From a virus (taxonomy: Duplodnaviria > Caudoviricetes), in IMG/VR virus record IMGVR_UViG_3300021399_000118, positions 56,916-120,915 of that record: DNA of 64,000 bases, one strand, 5' to 3'. Every line of letters begins with the position of its first letter. Positions within the stretch are counted from its first letter, which is position 1. Below the pieces are notes generated by a model that did not search any database, had not been told where the DNA came from, and saw only the letters and a program-made list of their open reading frames with translations. Position numbers and translations under genes: made by a program. Positions 50,205 through 58,835 of this stretch are shown in pieces.

Positions 50205-50978
50205 TTAGCCCTCCGAGAGCACAACATGGTAAGTGCCAAACTCACCATCTTTCTCGATCCGCCATTCTCCCACGCCATTCATGAATCCGCTCATATCGAG
50301 AGCGTTGATCAGGTCTTCCATGGTGAACATGCCGGTCTTGATCAGACTCAGTTCCAGTTCGACCGCCCACTTGCGGAAGGACGGGCGATAGCGAAGATCC
50401 GCAGCCTTCTGAGGGCCAACCTTCACCATATCCTCAGACATTTCCGGCGGCTCCTCCAGCTCCAGGATCGCCAGCTCCTGAGAAGAACCGATATGCGTGC
50501 CGTTGACAGCGTTCACATGAAACAGCCGGGACATCAGCTTCATATTCCGAATCAGTCCCATGCTGTAACAGGCCATCACAGCGGACTTCTTGAACGCGAT
50601 CGTCGGGAACCCAAACTGGGCACCGTCTTCGATCGCCTTCTCGAAACGTGCGTGCTGCTCTTTCTCGGGAAGACCTCTGACTTCAGGCATGGGAGTCACC
50701 CAATAACCGGCCTCCACAAAGTCAGCAAAGGGATCGCGCATTTCATGTTCCTTGTTTTTCTTCTGCTGACGAGTCATCTGCTGACTCTCCAGAAGCTGCT
50801 TCTTTGCCTTCTGAGACCAGGCGTGAACCAGCAGCGGGCTGTCGCCTTCGATACGAACGCGGGCCTTTTCGATCGGCACTCTTTTGATTTCCACCCGGGT
50901 TGTCGCCTTTTCCGGGAACTCTTCGATCGTGGTTTCTCCGTTGGGGTTTTCGATTTCGACAGTAACTTTCTTAGCCAT
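50205..50978 (-). CDS. Cas7/RAMP-superfamily-like protein
   Basis: First strand RIEGDSPLLVH, FPTIAFKKSAV helix, RYRP..W, and Gly-rich loop GFMNGVGEWRIEKDGEFGTYHV at the C-terminus. Confidence 0.7.
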   Translation of the reverse strand: MAKKVTVEIENPNGETTIEEFPEKATTRVEIKRVPIEKARVRIEGDSPLLVHAWSQKAKKQLLESQQMTRQQKKNKEHEMRDPFADFVEAGYWVTPMPEVRGLPEKEQHARFEKAIEDGAQFGFPTIAFKKSAVMACYSMGLIRNMKLMSRLFHVNAVNGTHIGSSQELAILELEEPPEMSEDMVKVGPQKAADLRYRPSFRKWAVELELSLIKTGMFTMEDLINALDMSGFMNGVGEWRIEKDGEFGTYHVVLSEG

Positions 50979-51004
50979 GTTGTTAATCTCTCCTATTTAA
51001 TCTT

Positions 51005-51853
51005 TTAAATATTATTTTCGTAATAATAATCCTGTTCTTTATTTTTCTTCGGCAGAACAGGCTTGCCGTTGGAGCAGTATTTCCTCGCTCCACAGAGGTA
51101 TTGACAATAGAAGTCCTGCTTGCCTTCCGGAATTTCCTTGCATTCCAGCCAGTCAAGCACGGTACAGTCTTCTATTTTCTGAATGGTTTCCCCGGCCCAG
51201 GACATGGTTTCCTCGTAAGTCTTGAGGTCGAAGGGTCTTTCCGGCCGGATTCCTCCGGCGTTAAAAAGATGGAACATGAGACGCTTTGGATATTCCCCGA
51301 ACTTCATTTTGACGAACTGGGAATACATATACATCTGCATGTACATTTCATCCTGGGCTTTCTTGAAGGCGGATTCTGATTTGGACTTATGGTCGCAGAT
51401 GATCAGATCGCCGTTTGATTCATCCCGGATGATCAAGTCCACAATGCCGACAAAAGGCCTTGTCGAGCCGTCGGGCAAGGTGATTTCCGATGTGTATTTC
51501 TCTTCGGCCATAAGGATCTCGTAACCTTCGAACTCGTCAAAGCTTTCGATGAAATCCAGACCCTGCTGGTATGCTTTCTGGGCATAGCCCTTGGAGGCCA
51601 GCATTCTCGGCCAGGCCGTCAGGACAGAATCGCCATATCTTCGCTCGTACTCGAGGAGCATATCCTCTTTCGAAAGGAGGCCTTTGGCCCACTCGTCCAG
51701 GAGGTTATGGATCAGAGATCCTCTTTCCGCGAAGGCGTTGGATTGCTCCTCTTCGATTCCTTCAATACGCTTTAAGTAAAAGCCGTACTTGCATTCATCG
51801 AAAGACTGGAGCTGACTGTAAGAGTAAACATGATTATCAGATAAGAGGCTCAA
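51005..51853 (-). CDS. PD-(D/E)xK exonuclease, Cas4/AddB-like with 4 Cys
   Basis: YSYSQL..FDEC, GSLIH, GIVDLI, ICDHKS, QMYMY, CQYLC...C. Confidence 0.8.
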   Translation of the reverse strand: MSLLSDNHVYSYSQLQSFDECKYGFYLKRIEGIEEEQSNAFAERGSLIHNLLDEWAKGLLSKEDMLLEYERRYGDSVLTAWPRMLASKGYAQKAYQQGLDFIESFDEFEGYEILMAEEKYTSEITLPDGSTRPFVGIVDLIIRDESNGDLIICDHKSKSESAFKKAQDEMYMQMYMYSQFVKMKFGEYPKRLMFHLFNAGGIRPERPFDLKTYEETMSWAGETIQKIEDCTVLDWLECKEIPEGKQDFYCQYLCGARKYCSNGKPVLPKKNKEQDYYYENNI

Positions 51854-51883
51854 GGTACATCACTCTCCTTTATGTTGTTTTTC

Positions 51884-53746
51884 TCAGAAGGGCTGAGTCC
51901 TGGAAACACCGTCGTCAAGCTTAAACTCTTCCAGCACGCAGGCCTGGTTTTCCGGAAGCTTGACACCATCATGATTCCAGCTATATACAATCCTGTCGCC
52001 GACGGAAGCCTGAGAGATTCTCCGGTTGGCAGGATCGTAAACGGTGGGGATGAAGCCGGTAACACCGAAGTCCCGGTTCTTGGTTACCCGGATTCCCTTG
52101 GGCTCCTTTTCCACATTCAGAACGTTATCCGCCAGGTTGCTGATGGCGGAGGAGCCGGAGATGGAATCGTTTGTGAACTGCTGGTCCGCCTTTTCCTTTC
52201 TCGGATGGGCAACCATGATCACATGGGCTTTATATTTACCGGCAAAGGCCTTCAGCTGGGCCGTGAACCTTGCCTGGGCCTTGTTCTCTTCGTCCGGAGA
52301 GCAAAGGGCTGACATCAGATTGTCTACGAGGAAAAGCTTGCAGCCATACCGGCGGGCGCAGGCTTCAAAGACCTTCATAATGGAGTCGGTCTGGTTTGAA
52401 TCCTGCACGATGGAGTTATCGTAAAGATAGAACTTCCCTGCCAGCCACTGCTTGATGCGCCGCTGGATGTCGTCTTCCACGTAGCAGATGTTCTTGCCGG
52501 AACGAACGTCGGTTTTATAGGCGATATATTTGCTCTCCGTTGCCTGAAGCATAATCCACTCCAGGAACTTATAAGCAGAGAGCTCACCTGAATAGGCGCA
52601 CACATTGTATCCCTGATCAATCGCGGAAAGCAGGATAGGGCCGGAAAGCGTGGACTTACCCTCGGCTCTTTTACCCGACACAATAGTTACACCGCCTTCG
52701 CTCAGGCCGCCGATCATGTTATCCAATGCTGGAATGCGGGTCATAATTCTCGGAACTGTCGTAGGATCGATAAACGGGATCGTTGCAAGATCCAGGACTC
52801 CGCGAATGGGAGCGGGCTCGCAGCTATCAATGATCTGCTTCAAGGCTTCAGGCCCGTAACACATCAGGATCTCGTTGGCATCCTTACAGGGGCGGTTCTT
52901 GTCCTCGCCGTCCCAGATGAACTCCGGATATTCCTGCGGGATCATGCAGCGGTCTTCCTTAAGCCTTTTGGACAAGGTAGAGACCATCTCAAGCCCGGCT
53001 TCATCGTTATCTCCGAAAAGAATAATCTGGTTGAACTGGTCCAGCCATTCCCAGCAAGTATCCACCCAGTTCATGTCGCTACAGCCGGAAGGAACAGAAA
53101 CAACGTTGGACACGCCAGCTTCGTAGATCGCCAGAGCGTCCATTTCTCCTTCGGTGATAATCAAAGGACGGTTAAAGGAAGTCATATCCATTCCGAAAAG
53201 GATGGACTCAGTATCCGGCAGCCGCCATTCTTTCGGCCCACTTTCCTTTTTGTAAGGAGCCGGTTTACGGAACTTGACAAAGATCAGTTCATTGTTCCGA
53301 TAAAACGGGAAAACAATATTTCCTTTGTCGTCGGAGGAGATGTTCCAATCCCTCAAAGTTTCCTCGGAAATGCTCCGGGTTGCACAATAGGTGATGATTT
53401 CTTCAGTCAGAGGCTGCAGCATTTCAGGATTAGGCCGTACATACTGCTTCTTCTTTGCGACACTTTGTTTGGGCAGGGAGAATCCGACCGGGGCGTCTTC
53501 CCCGAAGAAATCGCACAGCTCCCGGAAGGAGCCTTCCCTCTTGCCGTTAATCCCTGGACAGCCGCCGCGCTTGCAGTTCCACGCACCGGAGACCACATTG
53601 ATCGCAAAGGTATCTCTGTCTCCGTGCTCTCCTCCCCCGCAGATCGGGCAAACTCCACGAACCTTCAATTCGTTTCCGATAACACGATATTCATCGAATT
53701 TAAACTTGTCAGCCAGTCTGACGACGGCTGTTTTCATTGCGTCCAT
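51884..53746 (-). CDS. Primase-helicase, T7 gp4/Twinkle-like
   Basis: CPIC..C Zn finger, TOPRIM ITEGEMDA and GDND, Walker A GKRAEGKS, LVDNL, VAHPRK. Confidence 0.9.
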   Translation of the reverse strand: MDAMKTAVVRLADKFKFDEYRVIGNELKVRGVCPICGGGEHGDRDTFAINVVSGAWNCKRGGCPGINGKREGSFRELCDFFGEDAPVGFSLPKQSVAKKKQYVRPNPEMLQPLTEEIITYCATRSISEETLRDWNISSDDKGNIVFPFYRNNELIFVKFRKPAPYKKESGPKEWRLPDTESILFGMDMTSFNRPLIITEGEMDALAIYEAGVSNVVSVPSGCSDMNWVDTCWEWLDQFNQIILFGDNDEAGLEMVSTLSKRLKEDRCMIPQEYPEFIWDGEDKNRPCKDANEILMCYGPEALKQIIDSCEPAPIRGVLDLATIPFIDPTTVPRIMTRIPALDNMIGGLSEGGVTIVSGKRAEGKSTLSGPILLSAIDQGYNVCAYSGELSAYKFLEWIMLQATESKYIAYKTDVRSGKNICYVEDDIQRRIKQWLAGKFYLYDNSIVQDSNQTDSIMKVFEACARRYGCKLFLVDNLMSALCSPDEENKAQARFTAQLKAFAGKYKAHVIMVAHPRKEKADQQFTNDSISGSSAISNLADNVLNVEKEPKGIRVTKNRDFGVTGFIPTVYDPANRRISQASVGDRIVYSWNHDGVKLPENQACVLEEFKLDDGVSRTQPF

Positions 53747-53973
53747 GGTTTGTACCTCCTGTATTTCTATCTGATACCGCTATCTCGTTTACTTGGTCTT
53801 CCGGCGGCCGCCGCCGGAAGACTTAAGTAAGCTAAAGTATTGATATTAAAACGAGCCATTTGAATCTTTCGATCACATCAAAAGAGGCCTGTTCGACTTT
53901 GAACCGACCTTGTCATAGCGGTTTAATTTCTGTTTTTTAAAATATAATTACGTTAATTATTTATCAATGTTTA

Positions 53974-54336
53974 TCAGAACATGTCTCCGTCATCAACCCG
54001 AGCCGGAGCTTCCTTCCTGCCGGCAAGCGGCAGCACATCTGTTGCGCGAAGGGACAGAGACTGACGATCAGCCCCGGTGTTCTTGTCTTTATAATTCTGC
54101 AGCGTCAGATCGCCGGCAACCTGAACCATGGTTCCCTTCTGGATTCTGCCCTGGATGTATTCCGCTGTCTTTCCCCAGACGGACACATTGTAGAAATCGG
54201 AGATATACTTATCTCCATCTTTCTTTGTCGTATTTACGGCCACAGGAAACGATACGACTGTCGTTCCCTGCCAGTTGTTTGTTTGCGGTTCCCGAATAAT
54301 GTTTCCGACGATAACGCATTTTGCATTGTTAGGCAT
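53974..54336 (-). CDS. ssb: Single-stranded DNA-binding protein
   Basis: IVGNI..EP, FYNVSVWGKTAE, KGTMVQVAG, acidic DDGDMF tail. Confidence 0.9.
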   Translation of the reverse strand: MPNNAKCVIVGNIIREPQTNNWQGTTVVSFPVAVNTTKKDGDKYISDFYNVSVWGKTAEYIQGRIQKGTMVQVAGDLTLQNYKDKNTGADRQSLSLRATDVLPLAGRKEAPARVDDGDMF

Positions 54337-54512
54337 ATAACATTTCCCCCAATAAATATATTCTGTGCTCCGTTTCCGTCCTGATTACTGAGCTCAGATT
54401 TGTTTTCTTTCGGACAGAAACAGAAAGAAAGGCGGGGCTTTTACACCCCGCCGTGAACACCGACCAAAAGGCTTGATGCTTAAGTCATCATCCTGAGGCC
54501 GGTGGGATCACC

Positions 54513-55259
54513 TCAGGCTGCCTTGTCGGCCTTTGCCTTTTTGTTGAGCGCATCCAGCAGCGCCGTCAGTTTAGTTGCATCTGCGCAGGCTCTGTAATCC
54601 TCCTGACCGATCGCAGGAACGATTACCTCATTCAGGAAGGCAGTCTTCTGTTCAGCATCCATGTTCTTGGTGAAGAACTGGACGGCCCGCTGAATCCGGC
54701 TCTTCAAAGCATCCAGATCCGCGTCCTGGTTCTTTGCGGGAGCTGCCTTCTCGGGCTGTTTGGTTTCCACATCCTCGGAGGACATGGTGTACTTGGTGCG
54801 GTCCGAGGAGTAATAGATATCATGCGAGAAGCCGAGCGCCTTGCAGGCAATGGATAGCGCATCGGTATAGGCCATCTTGTAGGCTTCATCACTGAGCTGG
54901 AGGCCGGACTTGCGCTGGACTACGAACATGTTTCCGCCGACACCCATAATGGGCTTACTGACTTCCAGCGTGCCGGGATCCACATAGACCAGTTCCAGGG
55001 TGCAGAAGACGGCGATTTCCCCGGTCTTTTCAAAGGGAACCAGCTCGAACTTCTCATTCTGAGTCCACCAGCCCTGACCTGCAGGGCCGAAGAGCTCGGT
55101 AAGTTTCTGGATTCTCCACATGGGATTGATATCCGTGCCGGAGAATCGACCATTGTTGAAGGATCTTTGGGCTTCCTTCGGAGTGTTCATCACCCTGGAA
55201 TAAAACCTCATATTCATATCCAGGGAGCTGACCTCCGGTTCCTTCTTGGCAGGTGGCAT
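54513..55259 (-). CDS. Rad52/22-like single-strand annealing protein
   Basis: TDINPMWRI..LTELFGPAGQGW...EAYKMAYTDAL..ACKALG..DIY. Confidence 0.75.
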   Translation of the reverse strand: MPPAKKEPEVSSLDMNMRFYSRVMNTPKEAQRSFNNGRFSGTDINPMWRIQKLTELFGPAGQGWWTQNEKFELVPFEKTGEIAVFCTLELVYVDPGTLEVSKPIMGVGGNMFVVQRKSGLQLSDEAYKMAYTDALSIACKALGFSHDIYYSSDRTKYTMSSEDVETKQPEKAAPAKNQDADLDALKSRIQRAVQFFTKNMDAEQKTAFLNEVIVPAIGQEDYRACADATKLTALLDALNKKAKADKAA

Positions 55260-55273
55260 TTAATCATTCCTTT

Positions 55274-55690
55274 CTATTGGTACAGTCTTGGTTTGACAAA
55301 CGAACATTTATGTTTTTCGACGCGCAGGTCGTCGACCAACACCTTGGGAAGCGTGGGCTTCGTCTTCGGCTTCATCTTCCTGTAGCCCGTGCCGTAATAG
55401 CTTTTCGCGAGCAGCTCCGGGTCCGGGACCTTTTTGACAAAGTAGCAGGAGCCGGTGAAATCTCCGTAGCGGTTGCAGGTAAACCAGAAGAGAGCCCCTT
55501 CCGGCGTATAATGCTTGCCTTTCCATTTGTCTTGAGTGCGGTAGGTTGCCATGTAATCTATCATATCTTCATGCCCGAACATAGAGGTGACCATTGCCTT
55601 CGGAATATTCATGGTCGGCGTACCGTCCAGCTGTTTGACCACCCTCCAGCCGGTCCTTGTGTCAGAGGTCGTGTAGCTTTTACATAACAC
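55274..55690 (-). CDS. Hypothetical basic protein
   Basis: 138 aa ORF in the operon. Confidence 0.45.
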   Translation of the reverse strand: MLCKSYTTSDTRTGWRVVKQLDGTPTMNIPKAMVTSMFGHEDMIDYMATYRTQDKWKGKHYTPEGALFWFTCNRYGDFTGSCYFVKKVPDPELLAKSYYGTGYRKMKPKTKPTLPKVLVDDLRVEKHKCSFVKPRLYQ

Positions 55691-55716
55691 AAAGGAGGGC
55701 CAGAAGGAGCCGTTTT

Positions 55717-58539
55717 TTATGTCTCTTCCGAAGACGAACGCAAGTGCGAAATACGTTTCTCTTTCTCCTCTTTCATTTTCTTCCTGCGCTCTTTGGTATA
55801 TTGATTTTTCAGGTCATGACGATAGTTGTCCTGGCATTCCGGACAGCGCTGCTGCCGGTTGTTTTTCCTCAGGAAAGGTCTGTTGCACTCAATACAGGTA
55901 TAAATTCCCTGAACAGCCTCTCCGCATCCATGGTTCTTTTCCCAGGCAGGAATCCGCATTCCGCATTCGGCGCAGACGGACCCGGTATCAAGATTGTTCT
56001 TGAGAACATGAAGGGCAATGTCTCCGAAGATTTTCCAGAACATCTGCTTGTGTCCGGATCGTTTAACGCCGTTTCCTTCGAAAAGCCTCTTCACCACATG
56101 CGGATAAACTTTTTCAAGAGACCCGTATTTTTCCACACAGTATTCCGAAATATCTTCAGCTGCCATGGCTATGCCGTCCATCAGACGCCGCTCGGACGAA
56201 TAAGTCTGATCCTGAGCGCCCAGCATTCCGGACTTTGTCCGGCTGTCCAAACGGCAGAAATCTTCGGCAATTTCCGGATCGTAATCTTCGCAGGGAGTTT
56301 CCAACAACATTTGCCAGTTGAAAGGAGCCACTCCCGCGTTATTCAGATTCATACGTCCAATGCCGTCAAAAGCCTTACAGATTCTGCTCATGGTGGAGTT
56401 GTTGATATCCGCGTATTTCCTGTTCCGGTTGCTTTCCGTATTCTTCCTTCCATTCTTGGAAAACTGAAAGAAGAACGGCATCCGGCCATTCTTTCCTCCG
56501 GTGGCTTTGCCAATTCTTTTTGCCACCTTTGGGAACTGGGAATAGTGAATGATTTTGCCAGTCTTCGCGGCATCAATCACATCGTTGTTATAGCGGGTAA
56601 GGAAGGCTGCGGCGATTCTGTCCGGGTTTTCCTTATTCCAAAGCCGGGTCAGCATGTTGGATACTTCCCCGATCCCGGAATAATCATGCGCACGTTTCAA
56701 CGCGTGGAACAGAGCCTGGTTGGTAATGGGTTCTGCGGCGGCCTTGTTGGCGTCATAGAACAGCGGAATCACATCAAACTCCTTGACGTTTCTTTCCGCG
56801 ATATCCACAATCAGCGAATCGGCCACCACATTCAGCTGATCCCCATCCCAGTCGCACTGCAGAACATGACTGATCAAATCATGACAGGACATATAAATCC
56901 CGTTTGTATAAAACCAATCATAAATGCTCTGATCCGACACGATTGTACGGACGCAATGTTCCATATAAAGATGAGGACTTCGCAGAATATCTGCTTTTCC
57001 ATTGTAGCGGAAGATCCGGCAGGCAACTTCTCCATTCTTCAGAAGGCCAACCGGATTTTTCACGCCGCAGAACCAGAATTCGCAGGCGGCATACATATCC
57101 GGGATAGCAAAGAGACGCTTGTTCAGGCAGCGAATCTTTCCGGACTTGGCATCCAGAAGCATCCGTTTCCGAATTGCCTTGAGGGATTCAATCGAATAGG
57201 CATCCCGGAGCAGATCCGGATATAAAGAAAGCGCCGTCGCGTACGGCGTTTTCGGTTCTGAAAGATCTTCCCTTTTGCCTGCGCCAAGCGCTTCCAGCAT
57301 CGTATCTTTGTTCCTGGAAATGTTTTCTATCCTTTCGCGCTCTTTCTTCGTGAACTTTTTAATTTCCTCATCCGTAAAGTCCGTCAGCGTCTGAAGCATT
57401 TGATAATTCAGATAAGTATCCGGAATAAACGTCTCTTCGTAGTTGGTTTTACAGAAACAGCATCCGTTTTCCTTGAATTTGATTTTAAATTCTTTCCAGG
57501 ATTTGAAAAGCTTATACAGCTTCACCTGAGAAGAGGTGAAGATTACCTTGATATTCTCCTTGACCAGGTCGTGTTCCAGCCCCCAGACATCCTTGATTAC
57601 GGGAGGAACATTCTTTACCCGGCAGAAGCGAAGATAATCAAAGCTGACCAGCAGGCCCTTGATCGCCGGGCCTCGGACCATTGTGTTGGCCGTGGAGATT
57701 TCCGGAAGCATCATTCCGCAGCCGTCGGTCTGGTCAATCAGAACCGTCTGCAGGCCTGTGGAATAAGTATAGTCCGGCTTGATATACATCATCCGATCCG
57801 TAACCTCCGACTCAAATTCGCCGATTACAATCGTCTGATCGATATCAATCTCCGGCCATTCCTCTGTCGCGGAATTGCACAGCGCAAGATAGGCCATATA
57901 CTTATTGAGGTTCAAAGATCCCCTGTCATTAATCCATTCCCAGGTTAATCCGGCCTGGATGCGGTCTTTAATCCGCTCCCAGACCGGTTCGGAAATACAG
58001 AGAATCTTGTCCCTTCGCAGCTGTCCCGCGCTGGCTGAGAATAAGCGATACTTCCTTTGTTCCACCGATCCATCCGGAAGAAGGAGCGGAAAGAAGAATC
58101 CATCCAGAACAAGCTGTTCCAGCTCATCCAGATTCTTCCATTTGATCACGATTAAGTCGAGAGTTGCTTCGTTCGGCTTCAGCCCCATGGTTCTCGAAAG
58201 TTCGCAGGAAAACTCCGCAATCTTCTTGGAGGTTTTCAGCGTTTTCCAGGTTGCGCCTTTCGCGTCGTCACTTTTATACAACACAGATTTAAGACGAACT
58301 GAACGGGGCTTTCCAGAGTGTGAGCAGATCAGTGTTTCCAGAGCTTTTTTCTTTTCGGATTTCTGATCCAGCAAAGGCTGCTTTTCTTCATCCGGGGCAT
58401 TCTCGGAATACATTTTATCCAGGGTTTTCCCGATACTGACGATTTCCATGTAAAGCTCATATTCCTCGTCTGTAAACAGGTCGTACCCGGACATGGTCAC
58501 CAGCCTGATCTGCTCCTGCAGATACGTTTTAACCGACAT
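55717..58539 (-). CDS. Single-subunit two-barrel RNA polymerase, YonO/eukaryotic-RdRP-like
   Basis: SAGQLR, TDGCGMM, RGPAIKG, RSPH, catalytic QCDWDGD, IDAAKTG; C-terminal CxxC zinc ribbons. Confidence 0.8.
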   Translation of the reverse strand: MSVKTYLQEQIRLVTMSGYDLFTDEEYELYMEIVSIGKTLDKMYSENAPDEEKQPLLDQKSEKKKALETLICSHSGKPRSVRLKSVLYKSDDAKGATWKTLKTSKKIAEFSCELSRTMGLKPNEATLDLIVIKWKNLDELEQLVLDGFFFPLLLPDGSVEQRKYRLFSASAGQLRRDKILCISEPVWERIKDRIQAGLTWEWINDRGSLNLNKYMAYLALCNSATEEWPEIDIDQTIVIGEFESEVTDRMMYIKPDYTYSTGLQTVLIDQTDGCGMMLPEISTANTMVRGPAIKGLLVSFDYLRFCRVKNVPPVIKDVWGLEHDLVKENIKVIFTSSQVKLYKLFKSWKEFKIKFKENGCCFCKTNYEETFIPDTYLNYQMLQTLTDFTDEEIKKFTKKERERIENISRNKDTMLEALGAGKREDLSEPKTPYATALSLYPDLLRDAYSIESLKAIRKRMLLDAKSGKIRCLNKRLFAIPDMYAACEFWFCGVKNPVGLLKNGEVACRIFRYNGKADILRSPHLYMEHCVRTIVSDQSIYDWFYTNGIYMSCHDLISHVLQCDWDGDQLNVVADSLIVDIAERNVKEFDVIPLFYDANKAAAEPITNQALFHALKRAHDYSGIGEVSNMLTRLWNKENPDRIAAAFLTRYNNDVIDAAKTGKIIHYSQFPKVAKRIGKATGGKNGRMPFFFQFSKNGRKNTESNRNRKYADINNSTMSRICKAFDGIGRMNLNNAGVAPFNWQMLLETPCEDYDPEIAEDFCRLDSRTKSGMLGAQDQTYSSERRLMDGIAMAAEDISEYCVEKYGSLEKVYPHVVKRLFEGNGVKRSGHKQMFWKIFGDIALHVLKNNLDTGSVCAECGMRIPAWEKNHGCGEAVQGIYTCIECNRPFLRKNNRQQRCPECQDNYRHDLKNQYTKERRKKMKEEKEKRISHLRSSSEET

Positions 58540-58687
58540 AACAGACCCCCTTTCAAATTATTATATTTTTCCATTCCTTCCGGATGGTTTAATTTGGGCG
58601 GGGATCTTTGCCTTCCCTTTACGTGCCTTTCGGAGTGTCTACTCTTTTGTTTTATCATATAATATTTGATCAAATATAAATAAACAG

Positions 58688-58835
58688 CAGGCAATCTAAA
58701 CAGTGTTAACAGACAAGCATCCAGAAACTTGGATTTTAAATTTATTTATAAATTTAAAATCCTTGTTTCTGGATGTTTGTGTTTCTATCCAGTCAAGACT
58801 TCCAATTACATCAAAAGAGCCTTTTTCATTGCCTG
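58688..58835 (-). ncRNA. Candidate retron msr-msd RNA downstream of the RT
   Basis: CAGGCAAT/ATTGCCTG terminal inverted repeat with opposed unpaired Gs (58827, 58696); short hairpins followed by a ~32-bp hairpin at 58713-58780. Confidence 0.6.

Noticed and set aside
55657-57225. Long antisense ORFs (522 aa here; also 7795..8976, 12316..13365, 41780..42748, 50226..51008)
   Set aside because: They lie opposite well-supported genes and have no recognisable motifs; explained by codon bias.
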